Below, piece after piece: positions 1-6,369 of a DNA stretch of 13,779 nt. Source of the stretch: a virus. Below the pieces are notes generated by a model. It was not told the DNA's origin, searched no databases, and saw only the letters and a program-made list of their open reading frames with translations. A program made the position numbers and the translations under genes. The stretch is from IMG/VR virus record IMGVR_UViG_3300045988_103014, positions 1 to 13,779 of that record. One strand, written 5' to 3'. Positions within the stretch are counted from its first letter, which is position 1; every line of letters starts with the position of its first letter.

Positions 1-468
1 TCCAGAAGTCACAGAAGTTGGAGTCGCAATCGGTTTAACCTCCAAACTCCACATTCCAACAGCCAAAGCAATAGGGTCCCAGTCATCTGCGACATAATGC
101 AGAAACTCATCTGCGGTCGTCGCCTTAAATCCCTCTGTCTGCTCAGTATGTGTACATTTATGAGAAGCCTGCGGCTTCTCTGTTTTCTGTGGCTTTGGCT
201 TTGGCTTATCAACTGCCTTTGAGCGCGAAGCGCTCAAATAGTCAAATGGATTATCATATTCCGTTACACCACCATCGGGACTAATATGACCTATAACCAC
301 CATATTTTTAACTAATATACTCTCATACTTACCCGGTTTAACCAGAGCATAAACAATATTTCTTTTAACCTGAGACAACTTATCAAACTCGTTTTGTGGA
401 ATAACAAAGACTTCATTTCCATTATACTGTCCAATAACGCCTCTTTCATCTCTAATATCCAAACTCAT
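1..468 (-). CDS. Hypothetical protein, 5' part only; the gene continues past the window start
   Basis: Hand translation of the minus strand from the ATG at 468-466 (MSLDIRDERGVIGQYNGNEVFVIPQNEFDKLSQVKRNIVYALVKPGKYESILVKNMVVIGH...) is open all the way to position 1. There is an in-frame stop just upstream at 489-487. A consensus promoter at 538-566 drives it. It is absent from the ORF track because it runs off the window edge. Confidence 0.6.
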   Translation of the reverse strand, partial: MSLDIRDERGVIGQYNGNEVFVIPQNEFDKLSQVKRNIVYALVKPGKYESILVKNMVVIGHISPDGGVTEYDNPFDYLSASRSKAVDKPKPKPQKTEKPQASHKCTHTEQTEGFKATTADEFLHYVADDWDPIALAVGMWSLEVKPIATPTSVTSG

Positions 469-537
469 TTTTCCAACCGTTCCTTTCTAAACTGAAAATC
501 CCTACTGTTCCTTTCAATTATTCTATCTTACATATAT

Positions 538-566
538 ATTGTATCATATTTATTTATATTTATCAA
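538..566 (-). promoter_or_regulatory. Sigma-A type promoter on the minus strand (TTGATA-N17-TACAAT) followed by the ATATATGTAAGATA leader; it drives the 1..468 gene
   Basis: The reverse complement of 561-566 is TTGATA and of 538-543 is TACAAT, with exactly 17 nt between them. The reverse complement of 524-537 is ATATATGTAAGATA. This is the same conserved post-promoter leader seen at the nine + strand promoters. Confidence 0.6.
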
Positions 567-639
567 CTAATATATACCCCCACTTTTGAAATGAAATTTT
601 ATAATGCCCTCTCTCCCTCCATGCCCCGGATTTAAAAAA

Positions 640-1200
640 TTCCGAGCGCCCCATGAGGAATTTTTAAGAATGGAGTCTGAGGACGAAGTCCGAAGACGGA
701 ATTCTTAAAATTCCGAATTCTTCTCTATATCTTAACTATTCAGACAGACAGAATTTAAGACAGAATTTAAGAATTTTATAAGACTTTTCGGAATTTTTCT
801 CCGAACAATAAATCAAAATTCCGAAAACAGACTCTGATTTTAAGAATTTCATCACAGTTTTAGGATAAAATTCTTAAAACTCTTCAGCATTTTTATCTTA
901 AAACTCAAATGAAATTCTTAAAACAGACTCCGATTTTAAGAAAAATATCCACATTTTCAGACACGGTTGGGATAAAATTCTTAAAACTGTTTTCGGAATT
1001 TTTGTCTGAAAACTCAAGTAAAATTCTTAAGAACAGAATTCTTTTTCAGAATTTCATCCAAAATTCCGAAAACGTTTTAGGAAAAAAATCTTAAAACCTA
1101 TATTCAGTTGTCTTAACTTCAGACTCTTTTTCGGAATCTGTCTCAGAATCATTTTCGGAATTTAAGACAGAATTTAGGAAATTAGGATTTTTTCTTTCTC
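640..1200. repeat. Dense non-coding block of iteron-like repeats. Three interleaved motif families are present: AATTCTTAAAAC (at least 10 copies, both orientations), TTCGGAATTTT/AAAATTCCGAA (about 8 copies), and GACAGAATTTARGA (tandem at 747-774, also at 1162-1179). A roughly 97-bp unit is directly repeated at about 826-922 and 923-1020.
   Basis: Read directly from the sequence. Example copies: 699-714 GGAATTCTTAAAATTCC; 866-877, 913-924 and 977-988 AAATTCTTAAAAC; 843-855 and 935-947 TTTTAAGAA; 787-797 and 993-1003 TTCGGAATTTT; 816-826 and 1061-1071 AAAATTCCGAA. The two long units both begin ACAGACTC(T/C)GATTTTAAGAA and end GGATAAAATTCTTAAAACT. Only spurious ORFs fall inside it. Confidence 0.8.
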
Positions 1201-1549
1201 GCCACCCCGGACTTGAATAAATAGTTTTCACATTGATGCCAAGCATTTCGGAAATCTCAGGCGCACGTTTGCCTTCATTAGCCAATTCCCAAACCACTTC
1301 ATCAGACACCAATTTGCGGCGACCGGTTGTTTTACCTATCTCAACTTTCTTATCATAAGAAACCTTCATATTATCAATTTGCGGAACTATAAAGTTCATA
1401 GCCATCTTGACCATTGGGTCATTTGAATTAGGCTCCTCTCCATAAATACCATAGCGAATCAACTGAAAATAGATTTCCTTCTGCTGCTCCACAGGTAATG
1501 ATTCACAAGAGGTAAGCCAGCTGGACATAACTCTCATACTATCGCGCAT
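1091..1549 (-). CDS. DNA-binding protein with a C-terminal helix-turn-helix, of the resolvase / IS630 / sigma-region-4 kind; possibly an ArpU/RinA-type regulator or an iteron-binding protein
   Basis: 152-aa ORF. The AAAGGAGGT Shine-Dalgarno site lies 7 nt upstream of the ATG at 1549-1547. The segment ...LVSDEVVWELANEGKRAPEISEMLGINVKTIYSSPGW fits an HTH pattern. The C-terminal roughly 35 aa are encoded by the repeat block, so the true stop is uncertain. Confidence 0.65.
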   Translation of the reverse strand: MRDSMRVMSSWLTSCESLPVEQQKEIYFQLIRYGIYGEEPNSNDPMVKMAMNFIVPQIDNMKVSYDKKVEIGKTTGRRKLVSDEVVWELANEGKRAPEISEMLGINVKTIYSSPGWRERKNPNFLNSVLNSENDSETDSEKESEVKTTEYRF

Positions 1550-1551
1550 AC

Positions 1552-1770
1552 TTATACCTCCTTTTCCAGAGGACCAAGTACCCTTTGCAGTGCTATGTCA
1601 AACTCTTCACTTCTTTCGAACACCCAGCAAGTATATTCTGGATTTTTTGGATTCGGCATTTCGTGCACAGGGAAGAATCCCATCTCAACTAAAGTGGTCA
1701 TCACTTTAAGCGAGTAAATGATTTTGTTTGGATGCTTCGCATCCAAAGAGTTAGATGTTTTGTTTTGCAT
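1552..1770 (-). CDS. Small hypothetical protein of 72 aa; it resembles small conserved Firmicutes-phage proteins
   Basis: AGGAGA Shine-Dalgarno site upstream of the ATG at 1770. Its stop at 1552-1554 sits directly next to the downstream gene's ATG at 1549, which suggests translational coupling. Sequence: MQNKTSNSLDAKHPNKIIYSLKVMTTLVEMGFFPVHEMPNPKNPEYTCWVFERSEEFDIAL... Confidence 0.6.
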   Translation of the reverse strand: MQNKTSNSLDAKHPNKIIYSLKVMTTLVEMGFFPVHEMPNPKNPEYTCWVFERSEEFDIALQRVLGPLEKEV

Positions 1771-1783
1771 TAGATTATCTCCT

Positions 1784-1936
1784 TTATAGAATTTGTTCTG
1801 CGATATATTCCTTTATCGCTTTGCGAATAACTTGCGACAGGGTCAAGCCTTCTTCCTTCGCGTAGTCTTGCAATACTTCTTTTTCGGCGGGGTCAATTCT
1901 AATAGTAATTGTTGCGCCGGTATTTTCATTCGACAA
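1784..1936 (-). CDS. Ribbon-helix-helix (CopG/Arc/MetJ-like) DNA-binding protein of 50 aa with a TTG start
   Basis: Hand translation of the minus strand gives (M/L)SNENTGATITIRIDPAEKEVLQDYAKEEGLTLSQVIRKAIKEYIAEQIL, then TAA (reverse complement of 1784-1786). The ITIRID stretch looks like a beta-strand, followed by two helices, which is the classic RHH layout. AAAGGAG sits 9 nt upstream of the TTG (reverse complement of 1934-1936). There is an in-frame TGA upstream and no in-frame ATG. The ORF track omits it because it is short and starts with TTG. Confidence 0.55.
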   Translation of the reverse strand: MSNENTGATITIRIDPAEKEVLQDYAKEEGLTLSQVIRKAIKEYIAEQIL

Positions 1937-2040
1937 ATGAATCAACTCCTTTCACTTATATATGAAAGTTAGAACTCAAATTTTGTCTTACATTGTCCTA
2001 CACGATTATCGTCATTTAGCGTTAAACACCGTCCCCATAG

Positions 2041-2079
2041 ACTCTGAAAATGTCCTAAATTCGGTCTTAATTTCAGAGT
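2041..2079. promoter_or_regulatory. Operator-like element in the divergent control region. A 9-bp inverted repeat (ACTCTGAAA ... TTTCAGAGT) flanks the 18-mer TCCTAAATTCGGTCTTAA.
   Basis: Inverted repeat at 2041-2049 and 2071-2079. The reverse complement of 2053-2070 is TTAAGACCGAATTTAGGA, which matches 1162-1179 (TTAAGACAGAATTTAGGA) at 17 of 18 positions and 755-772 (TTAAGACAGAATTTAAGA) at 16 of 18. Confidence 0.5.
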
Positions 2080-2262
2080 TTAGGATAAATATATAGAAAC
2101 ATTGCGGCTTTCCAATTTTCTGGGGCCTGGCAATGAGAATAAAAGGTCAATAAAATCCGTTACGATTTTTTTCTTAATTCAATTATACCAAATATTTCAC
2201 GCAAAATCAACCTAATAAGGCTTGCAGTTCACCTCCCCCTTTAAGAAACCTGAAGGTCACTA

Positions 2263-2291
2263 TTGATTTTTTATAAAAAATTTGTTATAAT
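2263..2291 (+). promoter_or_regulatory. Promoter P1: TTGATT-N17-TATAAT with an extended-10 TG, followed by the conserved ATATATGTAAGAT...GAAAGGGTTG leader
   Basis: -35 at 2263-2268, 17-nt spacer TTTTTTATAAAAAATTTGT, -10 at 2286-2291. It is the first of nine nearly identical + strand units. Confidence 0.75.
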
Positions 2292-2335
2292 ATATATGTA
2301 AGATGAAAGAAAGATAAATGAAAGGGTTGATGAAT

Positions 2336-2839
2336 ATGACACTTGAGCAGATTAAAGAGATAGCAAATGAATACGCAGCAAAGGTTGGTATGACTTTAGA
2401 TATTCCAGTAGTAATCAATGGAAGATTAACCAGAACATTAGGTTGTGTGCGCTCCGTTCGTAACACTCGTACAGGCTATGTTGAAGCAACTCAGATGGAC
2501 ATCTCTCGTCAAATGCTTGACACTTGCTCAGAAGATAGCATCAGAAGTGTCATTGGTCACGAAGTAGCCCACTATGTAGTAATCCAGGAGACACACGCAA
2601 GTCATGGACACGACGCAGTTTTCAAAGCTGCTTGCGCTCGTCTCGGTGTTGAGAACGACAAGCCTGCAACAGAGGTAGAAAGAGTTGTGGCTGTTCACTC
2701 TAAATATGAAGTATGGTGTGACACTTGTAATGAGAATGTTGGTAACTATTCTCGTATGTGTAAGACACTGCAGAACCTTGCGTTCTGCACTTGCAACAAG
2801 TGTAAAACAAGTAACCTTAGATTAGTTCAGAATTGGTAG
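2336..2839 (+). CDS. SprT-like zinc metalloprotease (HExxH) with a C-terminal Cys-rich zinc ribbon
   Basis: GRLTRTLGCV, then IRSVIGHEVAHYVV (the HEVAH motif), then HGHDAVFKAACARLG, all fit the SprT-like domain pattern. The C-terminus reads CDTCNEN...MCKTLQNLAFCTCNKCK. The track ORF starts at 2318, but the conserved GAAAGGGTTG leader (compare 3301-3318) argues for the ATG at 2336. Confidence 0.8.
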   Translation: MTLEQIKEIANEYAAKVGMTLDIPVVINGRLTRTLGCVRSVRNTRTGYVEATQMDISRQMLDTCSEDSIRSVIGHEVAHYVVIQETHASHGHDAVFKAACARLGVENDKPATEVERVVAVHSKYEVWCDTCNENVGNYSRMCKTLQNLAFCTCNKCKTSNLRLVQNW

Positions 2840-2849
2840 GAGGTAGAAA

Positions 2850-3044
2850 ATGGCAGATGAAATTATCAAACTGTATGAATATTTTTGCAACGACCCGGCT
2901 ATGCAAACACTGGCAATCGTAGTGTGTATTGGATTTGTCCTGTTTATTCTGCTATGGCTGTTTGTGTTCGGTTTCATTATGAAGCAGTTTTTCGGAATGA
3001 GAAAAGAGTTTAAGGATTTTGATAAGCATTTTAAGAACTGGTAG
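2850..3044 (+). CDS. Small predicted membrane protein of 64 aa with one hydrophobic helix
   Basis: TAGGAGGTAGAAA Shine-Dalgarno site, then the ATG. The stretch LAIVVCIGFVLFILLWLFVFGFI looks transmembrane and the tail is basic. Confidence 0.6.
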   Translation: MADEIIKLYEYFCNDPAMQTLAIVVCIGFVLFILLWLFVFGFIMKQFFGMRKEFKDFDKHFKNW

Positions 3045-3055
3045 GAGGTGACATC

Positions 3056-3214
3056 GTGAATCATACTCTGTTTCATATCTATATGATTGAATATAAGTAT
3101 CACGATAAAGCCAGTAAGAAAGATTATTTGAATGGGCGTGTCAATGAGATGCACGCCCAGAAGGCTCAAGAAGCCAAAGATAAGATGCGGGCTTTATTGC
3201 AGAGAGGGAAGTAA
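3056..3214 (+). CDS. Small hypothetical protein of 52 aa with a GTG start
   Basis: GGAGGTGACATC followed by the GTG at 3056. Hand translation: MNHTLFHIYMIEYKYHDKASKKDYLNGRVNEMHAQKAQEAKDKMRALLQRGK*. It ends inside the terminator stem at 3201-3236. Confidence 0.4.
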   Translation: MNHTLFHIYMIEYKYHDKASKKDYLNGRVNEMHAQKAQEAKDKMRALLQRGK

Positions 3215-3249
3215 CCATTTAGCTACTTCCCTCTCTAATTGATTTTTAT
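3201..3249 (+). terminator. Intrinsic terminator; its T-tract overlaps the -35 of promoter P2
   Basis: 13-bp stem: AGAGAGGGAAGTA (3201-3213) pairs with TACTTCCCTCTCT (3224-3236), loop of 10 nt, then AATTGATTTTTAT. Confidence 0.7.
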
Positions 3250-3267
3250 AAAAAAAAATGTTATTAT
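3239..3267 (+). promoter_or_regulatory. Promoter P2: TTGATT-N17-TATTAT, then the ATATATGTAATAAAGATAAAGAA leader
   Basis: -35 at 3239-3244, -10 at 3262-3267, TG at -15/-14. Confidence 0.75.
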
Positions 3268-3318
3268 ATATATGTAATAAAGATAAAGAATGTAATCACG
3301 AAAGGGTTGGTGGAATAT

Positions 3319-4041
3319 ATGGTAGCAAAGTCTTATCAGAATTTGAAAGTTGTTAAAGAGCCTTATATGGTAAATGGCAGAATGTATGTTCAGGTGGAAC
3401 TCGGCAATGGTTCTGCAAAACAGGTGCGCTGGTATTCTGACGCAGAGTATAAGAAGATGTATCCTGATGCAGTAATCGACCATAGCAACGACCCTTACTG
3501 GAAGAGCCAGAAGGAAGTGCTTGGATTTAAGGCTGGTTTCATTACCATCTTTACAGGCAACACATATGAGAATAAGGAATGGTTCAAGGAAATCGGTTGT
3601 ACTTACCGTAAGTTCTGGGGCTGGGGACTTCCTGGCGATATGGAACTTCCTGCTGAGCTTCCTGAGGGAATTGCGGCTGTTCGTCTTGACTGGGAGCTTG
3701 TAGGCAAGGACGACGAGGTTCTCAAGACTGATGCTGAAGTTCAGAAGGCAGTTGCATCTCTTACTGAAGAGCCAAGCGTTTCTGAGTATCAGGGTACTAT
3801 CGGTGATAGAATTACTGTTGAACTCACAGTTAAGAAGGCTATCAAACTCAATGGCTTCTATGGTGAAAGCACTATGCACATTATGGAAGATGCTGCTCAG
3901 AATGTATATGTATGGACAACTGCATCTAAGACCTGGGCAGAGGGTGCTGTTAAGGTAGTTGCGGGAACCATCAAAGACCATAGAGAATATAAGAATACAA
4001 AGCAGACTGTTCTTACTCGTTGTAAGGAAGTTGTGAAATAA
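3319..4041 (+). CDS. Hypothetical protein of about 240 aa; the C-terminal third may be an OB-fold-like domain
   Basis: The long ORF in the track starts at the TTG at 3307. The ATG at 3319 lies behind GAAAGGGTTGGTGGAATAT and is more likely. No recognisable catalytic motifs. Confidence 0.7.
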   Translation: MVAKSYQNLKVVKEPYMVNGRMYVQVELGNGSAKQVRWYSDAEYKKMYPDAVIDHSNDPYWKSQKEVLGFKAGFITIFTGNTYENKEWFKEIGCTYRKFWGWGLPGDMELPAELPEGIAAVRLDWELVGKDDEVLKTDAEVQKAVASLTEEPSVSEYQGTIGDRITVELTVKKAIKLNGFYGESTMHIMEDAAQNVYVWTTASKTWAEGAVKVVAGTIKDHREYKNTKQTVLTRCKEVVK

Positions 4042-4056
4042 GGGAGGAAGAGAAGA

Positions 4057-4215
4057 ATGAGAAAGTTGAATATTGTTTTGGTAATACTGTGGGCAATCTG
4101 TCTGATTATGGATATTGTGAGCTGGGCGAATGGCGGCTCCCCTAATTGGCTCAATATGATACTTGCCCATGTGTGCTTGATTATCAATAACCTTGATTTG
4201 TCGCTGAGAAAGTAG
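4057..4215 (+). CDS. Small predicted membrane protein of 52 aa
   Basis: GGGAGGAAGAGAAGA, then ATG. Sequence: MRKLNIVLVILWAICLIMDIVSWANGGSPNWLNMILAHVCLIINNLDLSLRK*. Two hydrophobic segments. Confidence 0.5.
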   Translation: MRKLNIVLVILWAICLIMDIVSWANGGSPNWLNMILAHVCLIINNLDLSLRK

Positions 4216-4226
4216 GAGGTGCGGAT

Positions 4227-4376
4227 ATGCAGGTTGTGATTGAAATTTCTGAAGATGAGATGTTTGAGTTATCCAGAGGAGTGAGAAGCATGAGCGACCT
4301 GGATATTGTGATTAAAGAAAATCTGATTGAAGACCCCGAAGCTATTTTAGGGGCAGAGATAAGGGTGGTGAAATAA
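4227..4376 (+). CDS. Small acidic hypothetical protein of 49 aa
   Basis: GTAGGAGGTGCGGAT, then ATG. Sequence: MQVVIEISEDEMFELSRGVRSMSDLDIVIKENLIEDPEAILGAEIRVVK*. Its TAA overlaps the next ATG (TAATG). Confidence 0.45.
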   Translation: MQVVIEISEDEMFELSRGVRSMSDLDIVIKENLIEDPEAILGAEIRVVK

Positions 4377-4624
4377 TGGCAGTATCTGGTTATCATCATT
4401 CTGGTGCTTGTCATTTTGACCTATGGGCACCAGGAGAGAGAACTGATGTCGAAAACCGAGCATTTTCTCCATATGCCAAACATATGCAAGAGCTTGAGGA
4501 TATAATTCAAAGTTGTGTCGAGGCTGCGCTGAGAGGAGAAACTAATTTAACATTTGACCTTGATGATGACTTGTCTGACGAAGATTTGGCTTATATTCAA
4601 TCGGAAATTCAGAAAAGGGTATAA
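4376..4624 (+). CDS. Hypothetical protein of 82 aa
   Basis: ORF from the track. Its start is coupled to the upstream stop. Acidic C-terminal half. Confidence 0.55.
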   Translation: MAVSGYHHSGACHFDLWAPGERTDVENRAFSPYAKHMQELEDIIQSCVEAALRGETNLTFDLDDDLSDEDLAYIQSEIQKRV

Positions 4625-4629
4625 TAACA

Positions 4630-4660
4630 GGGAGCTTGCGGGCTCCCTTGATTTTTATTA
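4630..4660 (+). terminator. Intrinsic terminator overlapping the -35 of promoter P3
   Basis: GGGAGC (4630-4635) and GCTCCC (4642-4647) form the stem; TTGATTTTTATT follows. Confidence 0.65.
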
Positions 4661-4676
4661 AAATTTATGGTATTAT
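4648..4676 (+). promoter_or_regulatory. Promoter P3: TTGATT-N17-TATTAT plus the conserved leader
   Basis: -35 at 4648-4653, -10 at 4671-4676, then ATATATGTAATAAAGATAAAGGAAAGG. Confidence 0.75.
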
Positions 4677-4716
4677 ATATATGTAATAAAGATAAAGGAA
4701 AGGTAAGGTGTTGATT

Positions 4717-4860
4717 ATGAGAAAGTTACCTGAAAGCGATTTAGAACAGATTTTAGAATTACCTGAGTACATTCAGGACCAGGTACTTCTTAAGGGTGAA
4801 CACTTTGATGCAGATAAATGGGATAAGTATTTAGCAGATAAGGAGAGTGGTCGTAAATGA
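4717..4860 (+). CDS. Small hypothetical protein of 47 aa
   Basis: Sequence: MRKLPESDLEQILELPEYIQDQVLLKGEHFDADKWDKYLADKESGRK*. Its TGA overlaps the next ATG (ATGA at 4857-4860). Confidence 0.45.
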   Translation: MRKLPESDLEQILELPEYIQDQVLLKGEHFDADKWDKYLADKESGRK

Positions 4861-5291
4861 GAAAAATGAGAAAAACTTATCAGAGAAAATTTAACGCAGT
4901 AATGCGTAAGTTAAATAGAAATATTGCCAATGATGATTTGTGGCGCGGACGCTTCTATTTCTTCCAGAAGGATATGAGCTTTGAAGAGTTCGAGGACCAT
5001 TCCGGTGGAATGATGCACATTGTGATAAGAGCCTATGATAAAAAAACTGGCTATTACAAGGATTTCATTGTTGAGTGGGCGCCATATTTAACCTTTGGTG
5101 GACATAGAATATGGGAAATGGCTAATCATTTTATCGCAGAAGACAGCGGCGTGTGGTATGAAGAGCCAAGAATAAATAGAGTAACTGCGCCGGATTGGAC
5201 TGGTGTTCGAGTGGACACTGGTAAAGTTGGTGCTTATGAACCGAACTATTATGTGAGTTATAAATATTGGAAGGAGAACAACAATGGGTAA
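4857..5291 (+). CDS. Hypothetical protein of 144 aa
   Basis: ORF from the track. Its start is coupled to the upstream ORF, and its last 8 nt overlap the phosphatase gene. Confidence 0.65.
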   Translation: MRKMRKTYQRKFNAVMRKLNRNIANDDLWRGRFYFFQKDMSFEEFEDHSGGMMHIVIRAYDKKTGYYKDFIVEWAPYLTFGGHRIWEMANHFIAEDSGVWYEEPRINRVTAPDWTGVRVDTGKVGAYEPNYYVSYKYWKENNNG

Positions 5292-6075
5292 GACATATGC
5301 AGTAAGTGATATACACGGCGTGATGGACCTGTGGCGACAGATTTCTGAATACTGCGGTCCAGACGACACTATATATTTTCTCGGTGATGCTTCAGACAGA
5401 GGTCCTCAGTGCTGGACAACTCTGATGGCAATTTACAATGACCCGAGAGTAAGGTTTATTAAGGGAAACCACGAGGATATGCTTGTTAAGGCTATCCAGC
5501 AGGAAAGAAGTGACCTGCCTTGGCGTGATGACATTCAGTTGCTTTATCACAACGGTGGAGAGCGCACACTTGAAGGTTTCCTTGCTATGAGTAAGGAAGA
5601 GCAGGATAAGTGGTATGCTACTCTTGTTCAGCTTCCTACTCGTCTTGATTATGTAAACACAAGTGGACAGAAGATTGCGTTGACACATGCGGGCTTCGAC
5701 CCTTGGCAGGATGAGGAGTGGCGTGATTATATCTGGGATAGAGACCATATTAGTAGCCATTGGTCATATCCAGAAGATGAAAAGTGTGAAGGCGATGAAA
5801 CCGATACTCTTGATTTCATTGTTCATGGTCATACTCCATTTGAATATCTATATACTTGGCATTACAGAGGCTATGATGTAATTTCTCAGGCTCAGTCTGC
5901 GGATGTTCGTCTAACTCCTGATGACCCAATTCATGCAGTAAGATATTGTGGCGGAAAGAAGATTGACATTGATTGCGGTGCCTTCTTCACTGGAGAGACT
6001 CTGCTTCTTGACCTTGATACATTCGAGGAAGTTCACTTTAAGACTGACCTAACTCAGGAAGAGGATGAGGACTAA
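5284..6075 (+). CDS. Metallophosphoesterase of the calcineurin-like PPP family; a Ser/Thr phosphatase of the lambda-phosphatase or ApaH-like kind
   Basis: The PPP motifs appear in order: DIHG, GDASDRG (GDxxDRG), GNHE, and then HAG and HGH further on. 263 aa with an acidic tail. Confidence 0.85.
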   Translation: MGKTYAVSDIHGVMDLWRQISEYCGPDDTIYFLGDASDRGPQCWTTLMAIYNDPRVRFIKGNHEDMLVKAIQQERSDLPWRDDIQLLYHNGGERTLEGFLAMSKEEQDKWYATLVQLPTRLDYVNTSGQKIALTHAGFDPWQDEEWRDYIWDRDHISSHWSYPEDEKCEGDETDTLDFIVHGHTPFEYLYTWHYRGYDVISQAQSADVRLTPDDPIHAVRYCGGKKIDIDCGAFFTGETLLLDLDTFEEVHFKTDLTQEEDED

Positions 6076-6096
6076 TTCTAAAGAGAATTGATACGA

Positions 6097-6140
6097 GGGA
6101 GACTTTTAGGCAACTAAAAGTTCTCCCTTGATTTTTTATA
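6097..6140 (+). terminator. Intrinsic terminator overlapping the -35 of promoter P4
   Basis: GGGAGACTTTTAG (6097-6109), loop gcaa, CTAAAAGTTCTCCC (6114-6127), then TTGATTTTTTAT. Confidence 0.75.
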
Positions 6141-6156
6141 AAAATTATGTTATTAT
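6128..6156 (+). promoter_or_regulatory. Promoter P4: TTGATT-N17-TATTAT plus leader
   Basis: -35 at 6128-6133, -10 at 6151-6156, then ATATATGTAAGATAAAGAAAGGAAGG. Confidence 0.75.
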
Positions 6157-6190
6157 ATATATGTAAGATAAAGAAAGGAAGGTAATGGTT

Positions 6191-6355
6191 ATGGGTATTA
6201 AAGAGTTTCTCTGTAAACACAGTGTATATACTATAATTAAGAGTGAAAGAGCTGATACAAAATATGTTTGCCAGTGTCAGAAGTGCGGACACCAGTGGAC
6301 AAAGATGAAGGCAGCTGGTGAAGATTACGAAGTCGGAACTGTTGTTCATAGATAA
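6191..6355 (+). CDS. Small Cys-rich hypothetical protein of 54 aa; the CQCQKCGH stretch could bind zinc
   Basis: AAAGGAAGG sits 8 nt upstream of the ATG at 6191. An alternative ATG at 6185 exists. Sequence: MGIKEFLCKHSVYTIIKSERADTKYVCQCQKCGHQWTKMKAAGEDYEVGTVVHR*. Confidence 0.45.
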   Translation: MGIKEFLCKHSVYTIIKSERADTKYVCQCQKCGHQWTKMKAAGEDYEVGTVVHR

Positions 6356-6369
6356 GGAGGTCGGTCAGT

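Noticed and set aside
600-700. GC-richer segment (CCCTCTCTCCCTCCATGCCCCGG ... GGAGTCTGAGGACGAAGTCCGAAGACGG), checked as a tRNA or small RNA
   Set aside because: It has no T-loop (GTTCRANYC) or acceptor/CCA features. The GGAC-gaa-GTCC hairpin is short. It was left as part of the regulatory and repeat block.
909-1094. 61-aa + strand ORF inside the repeat block
   Set aside because: It is encoded entirely by the reiterated AATTCTTAAAA and TTCGGAATTTT motifs, giving a low-complexity K/F/L/S-rich translation with no Shine-Dalgarno site. I read it as an artefact of the repeats.
1940-2040. Minus-strand promoter for the RHH operon
   Set aside because: Several partial matches were found (TTGAGT ... 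TATATA; GATAAT followed by an ATGTAAGACAAA leader-like stretch), but none has consensus spacing. The true promoter cannot be pinned down from sequence alone.
3235-4170. 311-aa minus-strand ORF antisense to 3319..4041
   Set aside because: The translation is low-complexity (I/L/S/F/N-rich), it has no ribosome-binding site, and it opposes the uniform + strand, promoter-delimited cassette organisation. The sense-strand gene has a proper leader and Shine-Dalgarno site.
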